Source: Mobula hypostoma
Taxonomy: Eukaryota
Assembly: GCF_963921235.1 (NCBI RefSeq)
Contig: NC_086097.1
Coordinates: 93,064,001 to 93,128,000 of the forward strand
Direction: 5' to 3'
Length of the DNA: 64,000 bases
Positions 61,241 through 64,000 of this stretch are shown piece after piece (position 1 is the first letter of the stretch; each line of letters opens with the position of its first letter). Below the pieces are notes generated by a model. It was not told the origin of the DNA, did not search any database, and saw only the letters and a program-made list of their open reading frames with translations. The position numbers and the translations under genes are program-made.

Positions 61241-63109
61241 TACAGTAACTGGGCCAGACATTCAGTCAGAGCCCACAGGTTGGTGATACTATGGAGAGAA
61301 GATGTGTAACTGAGAGTGTGCAAGTCCATTTAATGGTGATTTGTTTCAATATCAATAAACACAAGAAATTCTGCAGATGCTGGAAATCCAGAGCAACCCA
61401 CACAAAATGCCCCAGCCTGTCTGAAAAGGAATAAAGAGTCGACTTTTCAGGACTGGAGAGGAAGGGGGAAGAAGCCAGAATAAAGTGGTGGGAGAGGGGA
61501 AGGAGCACAAGCTGGAAAGTGATAGGTGAAACCAGGTGAGGGGGAGGGGATCTGAAGTGAGAAGCCAGGAGGTGATAGGTGGAAAAGGTAAAGGGCTGAA
61601 GAAGGAGGAATCTGATAGGACAGGAAGATGCAAGATGGTGCAGGAGGGGAGACATGGATTCACTGGTGGGATCAGATGAAAGGTTCTCAACCGGAAACTT
61701 TGACAGTACATTTCCCTCTGCAGATGCTGCCTGGACTGCTGAATTCCTCCAGCACTTTACTGCTCCAGATTCAAGCATCTGCAGTCTTTTTAATATCAAA
61801 AATTAATGGAGTCTAGTGCAAGGAGCTGGACTGTGGACCTTCCCCACAAGCCTTTGTGTTGGCTATACCAAGCTTGAATGCATCCATCAGCACGTATTCC
61901 TGCAGCCTGGAATGTGCCAGTCCGCTGCATTCCCACTCAGAGGTCTCCCTACGCTGTGAGGCCAGACCTCAGAGCAGTCTTAGTCTCTTGTCTCCATCTT
62001 ATCTGGAGAGTTACACTCAAAACACATTACTTTCAAAGTGACCAGCAGTGGCCCTCCTGCTTTGCTTTCCAGTTGGTCAAACGAAGAGAAGTTTCTAAAA
62101 GGCCACAGCAGGGGTATAACTAACCCCTGATCAGCAAGGCAGGGGTAATAATTTTCCTGGTGCTGAGCAATGCAGTGGCTTACAGTAGGCGGTGAAGACC
62201 ACAGCGAGTGAAGGCCAGCTTGCCTACGCTCAGGGTTCCAGCTGAGTAGCAAAAATGGTATTGACATCCCCTGAGGCAGGAGACCAACCTTTGCGAGGAG
62301 CAGAAAACTCAGGAATGGTGCCTGTAATCAGCCCCAAACATGGGACTTTGGACAGACCGCCAGTGCCTATGTTAGGTGCTGCAGTGTGTGAATAAAGACA
62401 AGAGATGCTGGCACTCCGGAGTAGAACACACAAAATGCTGGAGGACCTCGGCATCTATGAGCAGAGTAAAGAGTCGATGTTTTGGGCTCTTTATTCCTTG
62501 CCATCGATGCTGCCTGACCTGCTGAGTTCCTCCAGCATTTTCTGCATGTGAATAAAGTTGCATTTTTATTGGGATGGGACTGGTATCATTTTGTTTCTCT
62601 CAAGTATAAAGAACCGGAGTAAAATTCATGTTAAAGGATGTAGGTTGAGCTGCTCAGAAAACTTGGAAGCACACCGGTTCAGACACCGACAGTGCAAGGG
62701 ACTCCTTGTTCAATCGCTCGTTCCTCCACGCCTCCAACGGGGAACACTCGGAAGTCAGCTGTTCTGCCAGAAGAGGGCTCTGCAGGCTGCGGACATTGGC
62801 GAAGAGTCCTGTGCCCAGCTTCTCCTCACAGCTCAGCCTTGAACTGGCTGAGGGCAAAGCACAGTCAGACACTGACAGCAACAGATAGGAGATGAATCTG
62901 TGCAGCCAGATTGGCTTTATCAAATGTTCCTTTGGCTCCTGCTAATAAAAGGAATAAAACACAGACATCCGCAGAAGTTTAGTAATAGAGCAAGTGAGTT
63001 ATGTGTTCATGTGGGTGTCATTGTGTACTGTCTGTGCCTTTTGTAGAAGGAAGATTAAGGGGGATTAGTTGAACTTAAAATGGGAAGAGGAGTGTATAGG
63101 TACAGCATA

Positions 63110-64000
63110 CAACATAGAGAAAAACAGCATAGGAAAGTCCATTTGCCAACCATGATGTCAATCTAAAACAATGCCATTGGTCTATAACACTATCCCCTGC
63201 TTGCTCATGTGTCTGTTTAAATACTTCTTAAATGTTATCTTATCTGCTTCCACCACCATCCCTGGCAGCCTGTTCCAGACACCTCTGCCGCTCTCCATGT
63301 GGGGAAAAAATACTTGCTCCATAAATCTCCTTTAAACTTTCCCCTCTCTCGCCGTAAAACTTGCCCTCTTTTATCTGACATTTCCACACCAGGGAAAGAC
63401 TCTACCTATCCTATCTGTGTCTCATAGTTTTATAAACTTCTCTCAGGTCACCCCTCAGTCTCTGATGCTCCAGAAAAAACTACTGTATCCAAGCCTGTTC
63501 AACCTCTCCTTTTGGCTAATACTCTCTAATCTAGGCAACCTCCTAGTGAACCTTCTGTAAGCCTGCTAGTTCCATCCTGTAGTGCAGCGACCGGAGCTGT
63601 ACACGATATAAGACATTGCAGCAGAATTAGGCCATTCAGCCCATCGAGTCTGCTGCACCATTTGATCATGGCTGATTCATTTCCCTCTCCATCCCATTCT
63701 GCTGCCTTCTCCCGTAATCTTTCATGCCCTGACTCATCAAGAATTTATCAACCTCTGTTTCAAATACATACAATGACCTGGCCTCCATAGCTGCCTGTGG
63801 CAAGGAATTCCACAGATTCACCACACTCTGCCCAAAGAAATTCCTCCTCATCTCTGTTCTAGATGGATGTCCCTTTATTCTGGTCCTAGATTCCCCCCCC
63901 CCCCACCCACCCCATCAAAGAAAACATCCTCTTCACATCCACTCTATCAAGGCCTTTTAACATTCAATAGGTTTCGACGAAATCACCCCTCATTCTTCTA
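63110..64000 (-). mobile_element. Two adjacent CR1 3' fragments (~63110-63605 and ~63607-64000)
   Basis: MRRNFFGQSVVNLWNSLP motif; CR1-type 3' UTR gcagaattaggccattcagccc. Confidence 0.8.

Noticed and set aside
30340..64000. Human syntenic neighbours such as CHST14 or CCDC32
   Set aside because: No ORF or exon resembling them was seen, though small exons could be missed by eye.

Overview
Eukaryotic, repeat-rich vertebrate DNA. The repeat content (CR1, Rex1/Babar-type LINEs, Penelope-like elements, V-SINE/Deu-SINE-like SINEs) points to a cartilaginous fish, probably a ray; this is an inference. The only host gene I can support is the 3' end of BAHD1 on the + strand: four BAH-domain coding exons (14147-14306, 22984-23063, 27137-27228, 29057-29243) with GT-AG sites and consistent phases. 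Its upstream exons were not found in the window. The rest is mostly decayed, often nested transposons, including a pogo DD35D element and two Tc1 families, plus two unusual tandem arrays. The most notable signals are: (i) minimal hammerhead-ribozyme motifs in Penelope pLTR-derived repeats, two with intact cores; (ii) TSD-flanked insertions made of inverted pLTR pairs, one with an unexplained ~0.5 kb middle segment, 80 nt upstream of a BAHD1 exon; (iii) a fold-back Tc1 built from two right ends; (iv) non-coding retroposons with a YY1-like 5' motif; (v) a constant-core/variable-microsatellite array with higher-order structure. TE boundaries and family names were assigned by eye and are approximate.
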